The notes beneath the pieces were generated by a model. The model saw nothing but the letters and a program-made list of their open reading frames with translations. It had not been told where the DNA came from and made no database searches. From positions 166,081 to 230,080 of the forward strand of contig DOGZ01000014.1 of NCBI GenBank assembly GCA_003528115.1: a stretch of DNA of 64,000 nucleotides, given 5' to 3'. The DNA comes from Candidatus Omnitrophota bacterium (GTDB lineage Bacteria; Omnitrophota; Gorgyraeia; Zapsychrales; Zapsychraceae). This document shows, in pieces, positions 48,093 to 58,174 of the stretch (positions are counted from its first letter, which is position 1; each line of letters starts with the position of its first letter). Position numbers and translations under genes: made by a program.

Positions 48093-49136
48093 ATGCCGGC
48101 AAGTCCAGCGCGAGAAGTAGTTAGGTGGATAAAGACAACGCGGTTGTATGCCCGAGTCGGTCTGACAAGAATGAACCCTCGAAAGGCCTTTGTGATGCTG
48201 CGGTATTGGATCTTGACGCATCTCTTTAAGAAGGATATTCCCTGGCTGATTGAGTTTTCCGTGACCTACCGGTGCCAGGCCAGTTGCAAACATTGTTCTG
48301 TTTCCAATTATTTCCCCGAGGCGAATAAGTCCAAGGAGCTGTCCACGGAGAAGGTCAAAGACATTTTGAAGCAGGCGGTGACGCTGGGGATCCCTAAAAT
48401 TGACTTCTTCGGCGGCGAGCCTCTTTTGCGGGCGGATATCATTGAGCTGGTAACCTACGGTGAGGGGTTGGGATTATACACCTCCATCACTACGAACGCC
48501 TGGCAGTTGACGTATGAGAGGGTCAAACAGTTAAAAAAGGCAGGGATCAGTTGTATCAACGTGAGTATCGACAGTCCCCAGGCGGAAGAGCATGACCGAT
48601 CGCGCGGGGTCAAAGGGATGCATCAAAGGGCGGTGGAGGGAATCACCTATTGTCGTCAAGAAGGTATTCCGTGCATCGTCTCTACGTACGCCACACGTCG
48701 CCGGATTCAGAATTTCGCGGCCGGGGAAAAGGACGACAGTGTCTTGAGCGGTATTTTGAGGTTGTCCAGGAAACTGGAGGCCACAGGCGTGAGGATTTTA
48801 TTTCCGATCATTGCCGGGGAGTGGGTTAAGGCCAAGGAAAATGAATTTACCGATGAGGAAAAGCGGGGGATTATCGAGAACATCGATCCGTCTTTTGCCT
48901 TTATTGAGGGGGCCTACTCGGTTGTTAAAAAGAACAAGGTGTGTCAGGCGCTCAGCGGAAAGATGTTGAATATTTCTCCTTATGGCGATCTTCAGCTTTG
49001 TGTGGCTTTCACGAATACGTTTGGAAATGTGAAAGAACAGTCTTTGGAAACGTTGATGAAAGCCATGCGCAGACATCCCATTTATCAGAAGAATAAAGAC
49101 GGGAGCTGCTGCAGCACGACGGAATTAAAGGTGTAG
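48093..49136 (+). CDS. Radical SAM protein with SPASM/twitch domain
   Basis: CQASCKHC, FGGEPLLR, CQA..SPYGDLQLC. Confidence 0.88.
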   Translation: MPASPAREVVRWIKTTRLYARVGLTRMNPRKAFVMLRYWILTHLFKKDIPWLIEFSVTYRCQASCKHCSVSNYFPEANKSKELSTEKVKDILKQAVTLGIPKIDFFGGEPLLRADIIELVTYGEGLGLYTSITTNAWQLTYERVKQLKKAGISCINVSIDSPQAEEHDRSRGVKGMHQRAVEGITYCRQEGIPCIVSTYATRRRIQNFAAGEKDDSVLSGILRLSRKLEATGVRILFPIIAGEWVKAKENEFTDEEKRGIIENIDPSFAFIEGAYSVVKKNKVCQALSGKMLNISPYGDLQLCVAFTNTFGNVKEQSLETLMKAMRRHPIYQKNKDGSCCSTTELKV

Positions 49137-49181
49137 AGAAGAGATGGAAATCGGGGATTGAAGGGGAAGAGAGAATAGAAA

Positions 49182-50714
49182 ATGAAGGTGACACTGATTC
49201 GACCGCCGGTTTATAGTGTGGGTCTCATGGGACCTCAGCTCGTGCCAGTCTTGGGGATCGCCTACATCGCGGCGGCTATTCGCGAGGCCGGGCATGAAGT
49301 CGATATCGTGGATATGTGCGGCGAGGCGATCGACCGTTCCGAGATGGTCAACGGGAAATACGTTCAGTACGGCATGACTCCGGCAACCCTTAAAACACGC
49401 ATTCAATTTGCCGACGCCATTGGGTTCGCCTGTATGTTTTCACAGGATTGGCCTTTTCATCGGGGATTAATCCAGTACGTCCGGGAGCTATTTCCTGAGG
49501 CTGTTCTTTTTGCCGGCGGGGAGCATATTACCGCCTTGCCGGAGTTTTGTTTGGAAGATTGTCCTTCGCTCGATCTGTGTGTTCTTGGGGAAGGGGATGG
49601 CGCGATCGTGGATTTGATCCATATGCTCGATAAAGAAGGATCTTTATCTGAAGCGCCGAGCCTGGTTTATCGCGACAAGAACGGCGGGTACGCGCGTACG
49701 AAAAGAGCGGAACGCATTGGGAATATCGATGCGCTTTCCTGGCCGGCCTGGGATTTGATCCCGATGGAAAACTATCTTTCCCGGGGGCTGACGTATCATT
49801 TGAAGCGGGGGCGGACTATCCCGATGCTGGCGACCCGCGGGTGCCCGTATCATTGCTCATTCTGCTCCAATGAGAATATGTGGGGCCGTCGGTGGTTGCC
49901 GCGGGACCCGAAATCCGTTGTGGATGAGATGGAACACTATATCAAGATTTATAAGGCGGAGAATTTTGTTTTTTCCGATCTGACCGCCGTCATTTCCCGG
50001 GAGAGTATTGTTTCTTTATGTCAGGAGATTCTTCGTCGGAAGTTACGGATTACCTGGCAGCTCCCGACGTTGAGAACGGAATCTCTTGACGCGGAGGTCT
50101 TGCGGGTTATGTACGCGGCCGGATGCCGTGAGCTGGATTTCGCCCTTGAGTCCGGTTCAACCGACGTGTTGAAAAGTGTGGACAAGAGAAACGACCCTAA
50201 AAAGATATGTTCCTTAATAAAAGACGGTTTAAAATTGGGCATGAATTTAAGTACGAATATTGTGATCGGGTTGCCACAGGAGAGGTTTAGAGATTTTCTT
50301 AAAACGTATGGGTTGATGATGAAACTGGCCGTCGCGGGGCTGCAAGAATTGAATGTGTTTCCGTTTGTGCCCTATCCGGGATCGCGATTGTTTAAAGAAT
50401 TTCTGGAACAGAAAAAGATTAAACTCGGAGATGAGTATTTCATGAAGCTTTTCGGGTACGCGGATCTCAGTAAGGCCGTGTCCTGGTCGGCGCACTTTGG
50501 GCCGAGGACATTGAGCGGGATGAGGTTTGGTCTTTTGAGCAGTTTTTATAGCCTCATGCTGATCTCGCATCCGCTGCGGATGCTCCAATTGTTCATCAAT
50601 CCCGCGCGCGGACGGGTCAATACAAAGCTCGAGGGTGTTTTGCAAAGGGTATTTAGAAATATCCAAATCACGTTTAGGAAATCTTCGCGGATTAAACTTC
50701 ATCAGGACATTTAG
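49182..50714 (+). CDS. Cobalamin-binding radical SAM enzyme
   Basis: GGEHIT, TRGCPYHCSFC, LESGS, PYPGS. Confidence 0.88.
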   Translation: MKVTLIRPPVYSVGLMGPQLVPVLGIAYIAAAIREAGHEVDIVDMCGEAIDRSEMVNGKYVQYGMTPATLKTRIQFADAIGFACMFSQDWPFHRGLIQYVRELFPEAVLFAGGEHITALPEFCLEDCPSLDLCVLGEGDGAIVDLIHMLDKEGSLSEAPSLVYRDKNGGYARTKRAERIGNIDALSWPAWDLIPMENYLSRGLTYHLKRGRTIPMLATRGCPYHCSFCSNENMWGRRWLPRDPKSVVDEMEHYIKIYKAENFVFSDLTAVISRESIVSLCQEILRRKLRITWQLPTLRTESLDAEVLRVMYAAGCRELDFALESGSTDVLKSVDKRNDPKKICSLIKDGLKLGMNLSTNIVIGLPQERFRDFLKTYGLMMKLAVAGLQELNVFPFVPYPGSRLFKEFLEQKKIKLGDEYFMKLFGYADLSKAVSWSAHFGPRTLSGMRFGLLSSFYSLMLISHPLRMLQLFINPARGRVNTKLEGVLQRVFRNIQITFRKSSRIKLHQDI

Positions 50715-50715
50715 C

Positions 50716-51531
50716 ATGAAAGATAACTTAAATTTTTTAAAAGATAAAGCCCGTCAGGTTCGAGGCAAAGTTCTGGAGATGACGGCCGCGGCCGGTAAAG
50801 GGCATCTGGGCGGAGCTTTTTCTTGTACGGAAATCTTGGTGGCGTTGTATTACGGCGGCATCTTGCGTCTGGATGCTTCTCGTCCCCGCTGGGAGGGGCG
50901 CGACCGGTTTCTCTTGAGTAAAGGCCACGCGTGTGAGGCGTTGTATGTTATTCTCGCGGACTTGGGATTCTTTCCCGGAGGAGAATTGGAAAATTACAAT
51001 AAGCCCGGGTGTTTACTGGGAGGGCATCCTAACCGGAGTATCGCGGGGATAGAGGCGGACACAGGATCCTTGGGACACGGCCTTGGGATCGGGGCTGGGT
51101 TGGCCCTGGCAGCCAAGATGGATCAAAAGGATTTTAAGACGGTTGTTTTGTTAAGTGACGGCGAGTGTTGTGAAGGATCGGTATGGGAGGCGGCGATGTT
51201 TGCGGCCAAACATAAGTTGAATAATCTGATCGGTATTGTGGACAAAAACGGGCTTTGTGTCACAGACATCATTGAAGATTGCGTGGCCTTGGATCCGCTG
51301 GATAAAAAATGGATCGCCTGTGGCTGGGAGGTTGTTGAAATGGATGGCCATTCGTTCGACGATCTTCTTACCGCCTTTGAGCGAGTTCCCTCAGATAGAC
51401 CGCGGATGATTATTGCTGACACGGTGAAAGGCAAGGGCGTCTCTTTTATGGAGGGCAACATCGCATGGCATCACGGCGTGCCTAAAGGGGAATTGTTGCA
51501 GCAGGCGAGAAAAGAACTGGAAATCATTTGA
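50716..51531 (+). CDS. Transketolase, N-terminal (ThDP-binding) subunit
   Basis: GHLGGAFS, DRFLLSKGHA, TGSLGHGL, SDGECCEGSVWEA, TVKGKG. Confidence 0.9.
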   Translation: MKDNLNFLKDKARQVRGKVLEMTAAAGKGHLGGAFSCTEILVALYYGGILRLDASRPRWEGRDRFLLSKGHACEALYVILADLGFFPGGELENYNKPGCLLGGHPNRSIAGIEADTGSLGHGLGIGAGLALAAKMDQKDFKTVVLLSDGECCEGSVWEAAMFAAKHKLNNLIGIVDKNGLCVTDIIEDCVALDPLDKKWIACGWEVVEMDGHSFDDLLTAFERVPSDRPRMIIADTVKGKGVSFMEGNIAWHHGVPKGELLQQARKELEII

Positions 51532-52529
51532 ATATCCGTATGACATCATCGGACAAAGACCTCAGAGACGCTTTTTTTGACGAGCTGTATGCGATCGCCC
51601 GTCAGGATCCGCGGGTGATCCTGCTGACGGCGGATATGGGGGCCCATAGTCTGGGGCGGTTTAAGAAAGATCTGTCCCGGCAATATATCAATGTCTGCGT
51701 GGCCGAACAGAATATGATCAGCGTGGCGGCGGGTCTGGCGTTGGGCGGAAAAAAAGTTTTTGTATATACGATTATTCCCTTTGCCACGATGCGTTGTTTC
51801 GAGCAGATTAAGGTTGATGTGTGTTGTATGCGTCTGCCGGTGACGGTTGTCGGGATCGGGACAGGATTGACGTACGGCGGTGACGGGCCCACCCACCACG
51901 GAATTCAAGATATCGCCGTGATGCGCAGTCTCCCGGAAATGACTATTTTGAATCCCTGCGATGCCGTAATTACACAAGCCGCAGCCCGATTGGCCTATGA
52001 ACAACAGGGGCCTGTGTATGTTCGGTTGGAAAGAGGGCGGTTCCCCTTGATTTACGGTGCTGGGTCCGCGGATTTCTCGAGGGGTTTGCACCAGATCAGG
52101 GAAGGAGAGGATATAACGCTCATCGCTACCGGGAATATGGTCCATCGGGCCGTTGAGGCCGCGGATATCCTGAGGAAGAAATTTCTATCCGTCCGTGTGG
52201 TGGATGTGTATAGGATTAAGCCTTTGAATACGGCTTTGTTAATAAAGATGATGGAAGGGACAAAGGGCGTTGTGACACTCGAGGAGAATTGTTTGACCGG
52301 CGGGTTGGGTTCGGCGGTGAGCGAGGTTTTATGTGATTCCTGTAAGGGGATTGCGCTTAAACGTCTGGCCATCCCGGATGAACATTGTTTTGCCTCCGGT
52401 GACCGTGAGGCGCTTCAGCAGTTATATCAATTAGATGTGTCCAATATCGTGCATTCCATTGTGAGGTGGTTTCCTCAACGGGCGGAGCATGTTTTCATGG
52501 AAGGGAAAGAAGATGGATTTAGGCATTAA
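51528..52529 (+). CDS. Transketolase, C-terminal (pyrimidine-binding) subunit
   Basis: VAEQNMISVAAGLA, DGPTHH, GPVYVRL, GGLGSAV. Confidence 0.9.
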   Translation: MNIRMTSSDKDLRDAFFDELYAIARQDPRVILLTADMGAHSLGRFKKDLSRQYINVCVAEQNMISVAAGLALGGKKVFVYTIIPFATMRCFEQIKVDVCCMRLPVTVVGIGTGLTYGGDGPTHHGIQDIAVMRSLPEMTILNPCDAVITQAAARLAYEQQGPVYVRLERGRFPLIYGAGSADFSRGLHQIREGEDITLIATGNMVHRAVEAADILRKKFLSVRVVDVYRIKPLNTALLIKMMEGTKGVVTLEENCLTGGLGSAVSEVLCDSCKGIALKRLAIPDEHCFASGDREALQQLYQLDVSNIVHSIVRWFPQRAEHVFMEGKEDGFRH

Positions 52530-53298
52530 AGGGAAATACGCGTTGGTGACCGGGGGGACGCACGGGATCGGACGGGCGATTGCCCTGGCATTGGCCGATG
52601 AGGGATGTCATGTTGCGGTGTGTTCAAGAAGCAGGGAGCGTGTGGAGAAAACAAAACAGGAGCTCTCCGCCAAGGGCGTGCAATGTTTAGGGGTGGAAGC
52701 CGATGTCATGAAGGACTCTGATATCGAGAAGGTTATGAGTCTGGTCGGCAGACAATGGGGAACTCTGCATATTTTGATTAATAACGTCGGTGGCGGTGGC
52801 CGCTGGGGAAGTGAAATCGTTGAAGAGACCAAAGAGGAAACATGGCTGGAGGTCTACAACAAGAATGCCTTGGCCGCGATGAAATTTACTATGCGGACGA
52901 TCCCCTGGATGCGCAAGCAGAAATGGGGACGGGTTGTGACGATCACGTCGATCTTCGGCCGAGAAGCGGGCGGGCGGCCGTGGTTTACGATGGCCAAGAT
53001 GGCGCAGACGGCCTTGATGAAGACCCTGGCCAAGAAGGCGTATTTGATTCAAGACGGCATAACGTTTAACAGTGTCGCCCCCGGGGCCATTATGATCGCC
53101 GGGACGGGTTGGGAAAAAGAACTTAAGGAAAATCCCCGGCAGGTGCAGGATTTTATCCATGAAGAACTTCCTTTAGGCCGTTTGGGAACGCCTGAGGAGG
53201 TGGCCAACGCGGTTGTCTTCTTATGTTCGCAACAGGCGAGTCTGGTCAACGGCGCTTCGATTCCTGTGGATGGCGGACAGAGCATGAGTGTTCTTTAA
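52513..53298 (+). CDS. SDR-family oxidoreductase (FxxxK in place of YxxxK)
   Basis: TGGTHGIG, NNVG, WFTMAK, PLGRLGTPEEVA. Confidence 0.85.
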   Translation: MDLGIKGKYALVTGGTHGIGRAIALALADEGCHVAVCSRSRERVEKTKQELSAKGVQCLGVEADVMKDSDIEKVMSLVGRQWGTLHILINNVGGGGRWGSEIVEETKEETWLEVYNKNALAAMKFTMRTIPWMRKQKWGRVVTITSIFGREAGGRPWFTMAKMAQTALMKTLAKKAYLIQDGITFNSVAPGAIMIAGTGWEKELKENPRQVQDFIHEELPLGRLGTPEEVANAVVFLCSQQASLVNGASIPVDGGQSMSVL

Positions 53299-53382
53299 AG
53301 GAGTACTTTGTAACCTAAATTTCTGAATTGTGGAACAAAGTACTTCTCTCGGATTTTGTAAAAAAATTGTTCAGAAAATAAT

Positions 53383-54078
53383 GTGACAATGGTGGAGGAT
53401 CCTGCGATTAAAGTTTCTTTGATTATTTTTACCTTAAACGAGATCGACGGCATGAAGGTGATTATGCCGCGGATCAGGAAAGAATGGGTGGATGAGCTCA
53501 TTATCGTTGACGGCGGATCGACGGATGGGACGGTGGCTTATGCCCGGGAACAGGGCTATTTTATTTTTACTCAGCAGGAGAAAGGCGCCGGCGCCGCGTT
53601 TTTGGAATCCGTGGCTAAAGCGACAGGAGATATCGTGATCGTCTTCAGCCCTGACGGAAACTCCGTCCCTGAAAAGATTCCGGAATTAATAGCGAAAATG
53701 AAACAGGGCTATGATATGGTGATTGTCTCCAGGTATCTGGGGGGCGCGAAAAGCTATGACGACGATTGCGTCACCGCTTTTGGGAACCGCTTGTTTACCG
53801 CCTTAATCAATATATTGTTTGGAACCAGGGTCACGGATTCCTTAGTCATGTATCGTGCCTTTAAGAGAGAAATCGTTCAGGATCTTAAAATCAATACAAA
53901 GACCGTCTCCTGGGGAACCCAGTTTTTGGCCAGGGCGGCAAGGAAGAAGTTAAAAATAGGTGAGATCCCCGGCGACGAACCGCGCCGCATAGGAGGCGTG
54001 AGAAAGATGCATCCTTTAAAGAACGGCTTGAGCGAACTGTTCATGATCCTGAGAGAATTTTTAAACGGGGGATCCTGA
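53383..54078 (+). CDS. GT2 glycosyltransferase (polyprenol-phosphate glycosyltransferase/DPM1-like)
   Basis: TLNE, VDGGSTDGT, SPDGN, YDMVIVSRY, GNRLFT. Confidence 0.82.
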   Translation: MTMVEDPAIKVSLIIFTLNEIDGMKVIMPRIRKEWVDELIIVDGGSTDGTVAYAREQGYFIFTQQEKGAGAAFLESVAKATGDIVIVFSPDGNSVPEKIPELIAKMKQGYDMVIVSRYLGGAKSYDDDCVTAFGNRLFTALINILFGTRVTDSLVMYRAFKREIVQDLKINTKTVSWGTQFLARAARKKLKIGEIPGDEPRRIGGVRKMHPLKNGLSELFMILREFLNGGS

Positions 54079-54079
54079 A

Positions 54080-55066
54080 ATGGGATTTTATGAGAAAAGA
54101 ACTGTCCTTGTTACGGGCGCCACAGGGTTGGTGGGGGCCAATCTGATTCAACGGCTGTTGCCCTTAGGCGTTCATGTCCGGGCCACGTTGCATCGCCGAG
54201 ATCCGGTCATTAGCGATCCTAAGATTGATTATATAAAGTGTGATTTGACCAATCCGGATGACTGCCGTAAGATTGTGCCGGAGGTGGATTATGTTTTTCA
54301 TTGCGCGGCTAATACTTCCGGGGCTCATGTGATAACGAACAACCCCCTGACGCATGTGACGACCAATATTGTGATGAACGCCTATCTTTTGGAGGCGGCT
54401 TATCAGGCGAAAGTCTTAAAATTTTTGTGGATCAGCAGTTCGACGGGATACCCATCGACCGGCACCCGTCCCATGAAGGAAGAAGAAATGATGGTCGGCG
54501 ATCCTTTTGACAAATATTTCGGTGTTGGATGGATGAAAAGGTATTCAGAAGTCCTTTGCCGGATGTATGCCGAGAAGCTGAAAGTCCCCATGGCCACCAT
54601 CGTCTTGCGCGCGACCAATATTTACGGCGAATATGATGATTTTGATTTTGAAACATCCCATGCCTTCGCGGCGCTTATTAGAAAAGTCGCGCAGAGGCAT
54701 CGTCCGATTGAAGTGTGGGGCACGGGTGAGGACGTCAGGGATTTGATCTATGTGGGTGATTTCATTGAGGCGATGCTTATCGCCATGGAGAAATGTTACG
54801 GGTACAAGGTCTTTAATATCGGGTTTGGCCGAGGGTACAAAATCAAAGAAGTTCTCAATATGATCCTGGAAGAAGACGGTTATCATGATGCGCGCTTAAC
54901 CTTTGATGCCACCAAACCCACGACGATCCCGATCCGGCTGGTGGACATCCGTAAGGCGGAAAAAGAGCTTGGTTTTAAACCCAAGACTTTTCTGCGGGAA
55001 GGGATCCGGAAGACCTTGCATTGGTATAAGGCGCATCAAATGGAGAAAGCGGAGAAGGCGGCATGA
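54080..55066 (+). CDS. NAD-dependent NDP-sugar epimerase/reductase (GDP-fucose synthase-like)
   Basis: GATGLVG, HCAA, NIYG..DF..SH, VWGTG..RDLIYV. Confidence 0.82.
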   Translation: MGFYEKRTVLVTGATGLVGANLIQRLLPLGVHVRATLHRRDPVISDPKIDYIKCDLTNPDDCRKIVPEVDYVFHCAANTSGAHVITNNPLTHVTTNIVMNAYLLEAAYQAKVLKFLWISSSTGYPSTGTRPMKEEEMMVGDPFDKYFGVGWMKRYSEVLCRMYAEKLKVPMATIVLRATNIYGEYDDFDFETSHAFAALIRKVAQRHRPIEVWGTGEDVRDLIYVGDFIEAMLIAMEKCYGYKVFNIGFGRGYKIKEVLNMILEEDGYHDARLTFDATKPTTIPIRLVDIRKAEKELGFKPKTFLREGIRKTLHWYKAHQMEKAEKAA

Positions 55067-56688
55067 AGGTATCCATTCAAGAAACCCCGTCACACCTGCC
55101 TCGGTCCGAGGCCTTCGCCGGGGGGAGAAAAGTTCCTTCATTGAAAACAAAAGAGGACCGTGTGGATGTGGTGTTTATTTATCCCAAGACGGGGATAGAT
55201 TTAGGCGCTACGATCGGCCCGCCGCACGCCCTATTATCTGTGGCGGCGCCTCTTTTAAAAAAAGGATTCAAAGTCAAGATTGTCGATCAACGCACGGACG
55301 CGCATTGGCGTGAAACCTTAAGCGGGATGTTGGCGCAAAGGCCGATTTGTGTCGCGTTGACCTCCATGACCGGCACGCAGATTTATTTCGCGTTAGAAGC
55401 CGCTAAACTTGTGCGAGAAGTCTCCAACGGAAAGATCCCTATTGTCTGGGGCGGGGCGCATCCGTCCAGCCTTCCGGAACAGACTTTGAAAAGCGAATAT
55501 GTGGATGTGGTGTGTATCGGCGAAGGGGATATCACGTTCTTGGAATTGGTGCAGGTGTTGGCGAATAAAGAACCGTTGGATCAGGTCAAAGGGATTGTCT
55601 TTAAAGACGGCGTCAAAATGACCATGACTCCGGGCCGGCCTCTGCTGGACGTGGAGACACTCCTGCCCGTGCCGTGGGAATTGGTGGACGTTGAAAAATA
55701 TATCCACAGGGATTTCTACCTGAAAGAAACCCGGCGGAGTCTGGATATCGGCCAGACCTCGCGGGGGTGTCCATTTCAATGCGGATTTTGTTCAAGCGCC
55801 GCGTTGCGCCACAGGCAGTGGCGTCCCATGTCGGTCAAGAGATCTCTGGAGATGATCCTCGAACCGGTCAAGAGATTCCATCTGGATGGTATTTGGATTC
55901 GGGATGATGAGTTTTACATCGACCGGGAGCGGGCCTACGAGATCTGTCAGGGCATTATTGACAGCGGCGTTAAAATCAAATGGTATACTTCTGGGACGCG
56001 GGTAAATATTTTTAATATGGCCACGGACAAAGACCTCGATATCCTCAAAAGAAGCGGCGCCGACACATTGAAGTTTGGGGCCGAATCCGGCTCGAACAGG
56101 ATTTTAAAATTGATGAAGAAAGGGATCCGTTGTGAGGATACCATTGAGGCGAATCTCAAGGCCAAGAGACACGGCATTATCCCTGTCTTTGCCCTCATGA
56201 TTGGATTTCCAACGGAAACATTTGAAGATATCGACAAAACGATTGATCTGTTTGTCCGGTTAAAGAAGGATAATCCCAAGGCCCAGTTTGAAATTATAGG
56301 AACATTTACGGCCATGCCCCAGACGCCGCTTTACGAGGTGGCTTTACAGCACGGGTTACATCCTCCGCAATCGTTGGAAGGCTGGATTGATTGGCTTTCG
56401 GATGAGTATGATATGGAAGGAAAAAAAATCCCGTGGTTTAACGCTTCGGAGAGAAAGAAGATCGGTAACATCACTTATATGAGCCTTTTGGCCAACAGTT
56501 CTTTGAACGCGATCGGCGGGGTTTCTAACAATGCTATGAGGCTTCTCTTAAAATTGTTTATTAGTCCGCTGAGCCGGTATGAGGGGTATAAACTCAGAAG
56601 AAAGTTGTATGGTTTTTCTCCGGAACTGGATTTCATGCGGTTTCTGCGACGAAAAGTCTTTTACAGGCGGAATCAGAGTATTCATTAG
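55063..56688 (+). CDS. Cobalamin-binding radical SAM enzyme
   Basis: WGGAHPS, SRGCPFQCGFC, DDEF, GAESGS, IGFPTET. Confidence 0.88.
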   Translation: MKVSIQETPSHLPRSEAFAGGRKVPSLKTKEDRVDVVFIYPKTGIDLGATIGPPHALLSVAAPLLKKGFKVKIVDQRTDAHWRETLSGMLAQRPICVALTSMTGTQIYFALEAAKLVREVSNGKIPIVWGGAHPSSLPEQTLKSEYVDVVCIGEGDITFLELVQVLANKEPLDQVKGIVFKDGVKMTMTPGRPLLDVETLLPVPWELVDVEKYIHRDFYLKETRRSLDIGQTSRGCPFQCGFCSSAALRHRQWRPMSVKRSLEMILEPVKRFHLDGIWIRDDEFYIDRERAYEICQGIIDSGVKIKWYTSGTRVNIFNMATDKDLDILKRSGADTLKFGAESGSNRILKLMKKGIRCEDTIEANLKAKRHGIIPVFALMIGFPTETFEDIDKTIDLFVRLKKDNPKAQFEIIGTFTAMPQTPLYEVALQHGLHPPQSLEGWIDWLSDEYDMEGKKIPWFNASERKKIGNITYMSLLANSSLNAIGGVSNNAMRLLLKLFISPLSRYEGYKLRRKLYGFSPELDFMRFLRRKVFYRRNQSIH

Positions 56689-56704
56689 AAAGGGAATAGA
56701 GGCG

Positions 56705-58174
56705 TTGAATCCAAAAATTATCCTCGCCACGGTAAATTCGAAAAGGGATCTTTATGCCGCGACAACGGATGAGTTTTCAGCCGTTGCTCCGAATATTCAG
56801 ATGGGGCTCTTGGCGTCTTACGTGAAGTCCCGGGGTATCGATGTCGAGATCATCGAATCCGACGTGGATATGATCTCGATGGATCAACTGCTGGATATCG
56901 CCCAGAAGAAGAGTCCTACGCTTTTGGGGATCATTTGTTCAGGGGCCAATCCCTCTTCCTCCACCATGGTCATGGCGGGTATCGTGGATTTCTTTGAGAG
57001 GTTTCATCAAAGGAAGATGAATGTCAAGACATTCATTTGGGGGCCGCATCCGACGGTTCTTCCGGAGAGGTCGTTAAAGGAAACGGGCGCGGATTTTGTG
57101 GTCAGAGGCGAAGGGTACACAACCATCGTTGATCTGTTTCACGCTTTGCGGGACGGCGGAGATTTGGAGAAAATCAGCGGCCTGGCTTATTGCGTTAAGA
57201 ACGGGGCGGTTCAAGAGCCGGCTGTGATTGTGACACAAGACACCCCTTTGATCAAAGATCTTGACAGCCTGCCGCCGGTTGACTGGGACGTTATGCGTCC
57301 GTCCCGTTATCGGGCGCATAACTGGCATTGTTTCGGAGATCTCCATCATCGAACGCCCTATGCTATTCTCTGGACCAGTTTCGGATGTCCGTTCCCCTGT
57401 AATTTTTGTTCCATCAATAATCTCTTCGGTAAAAGGACTCAACGGTTTCGCAGCGTTGACCGCGTGATTGACGAAATCAGCTTGCTGGTTCAAAAATACA
57501 AGGTTAAACATATCAAGATATTGGATGAATTATTTGTGGTTAACTCTAAAAGAATAGATGAATTTTGTGACAAGCTCGAGGTCAAAGGATTTGACTTGAA
57601 TATGTGGGCGTATTCCAGGGTGGATACGATCAGCCGGCCTTTGCTTAAAAGGCTCAAGAAGGTCGGGATGAATTGGATCTCGTACGGATTTGAATCCGCG
57701 ACACCGGAGATTTTAAAGACGGCGGATAAAGGGAATCAAAAGACGGATGTGGATCAGGTGATCCGTATGACCCAGGAGGAAGGGGTCTCGATATGCGCGG
57801 ACGTCATGTTCGGTTTGGAGGGCGAGAATGAAGAGACGATGAACCGCACGTATGATTTCCTTGTTAAATACAATTTTGAATGGGCGAATATTTATCCGGT
57901 CTTTGCTTATCCGGGGACGAAATTCTTTCGAGAAGTCGAGCCTCCGAAGAACTGGAAGGCTTATTCCCTTTACGGGTATGAATGCGCGCCGATGGCAACG
58001 AAATATCTTACCTCCAAAGAGGTGCTCAAATTCCGTGATGAGGCCTTTGTCCGTTATCATGGCCGTCCGGAATACCTGTGGATGATCGAGAAAAAATTTG
58101 GGGTCGATACCAAGGAACATATCTTAAGAATGATCGCCATTCCCTTGAGAAGAAGGTTATTGGAGAATGAGTAG
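56705..58174 (+). CDS. Cobalamin-binding radical SAM enzyme
   Basis: WGPHPT, SFGCPFPCNFC, DELF, GFES, AYPGT; probable TTG start. Confidence 0.88.
   Translation: MNPKIILATVNSKRDLYAATTDEFSAVAPNIQMGLLASYVKSRGIDVEIIESDVDMISMDQLLDIAQKKSPTLLGIICSGANPSSSTMVMAGIVDFFERFHQRKMNVKTFIWGPHPTVLPERSLKETGADFVVRGEGYTTIVDLFHALRDGGDLEKISGLAYCVKNGAVQEPAVIVTQDTPLIKDLDSLPPVDWDVMRPSRYRAHNWHCFGDLHHRTPYAILWTSFGCPFPCNFCSINNLFGKRTQRFRSVDRVIDEISLLVQKYKVKHIKILDELFVVNSKRIDEFCDKLEVKGFDLNMWAYSRVDTISRPLLKRLKKVGMNWISYGFESATPEILKTADKGNQKTDVDQVIRMTQEEGVSICADVMFGLEGENEETMNRTYDFLVKYNFEWANIYPVFAYPGTKFFREVEPPKNWKAYSLYGYECAPMATKYLTSKEVLKFRDEAFVRYHGRPEYLWMIEKKFGVDTKEHILRMIAIPLRRRLLENE

Noticed and set aside
41509-49136. RiPP pathway suggested by SPASM-type radical SAMs
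   Set aside because: No precursor peptide, PqqD/RRE domain or peptidase-transporter seen; neighbours are sugar enzymes
41509-58174. Hopanoid (hpnH/J/P-like) assignment of the radical SAMs
   Set aside because: No squalene-hopene cyclase or other hpn genes in the window, and generic motifs cannot support gene symbols; not excluded genome-wide
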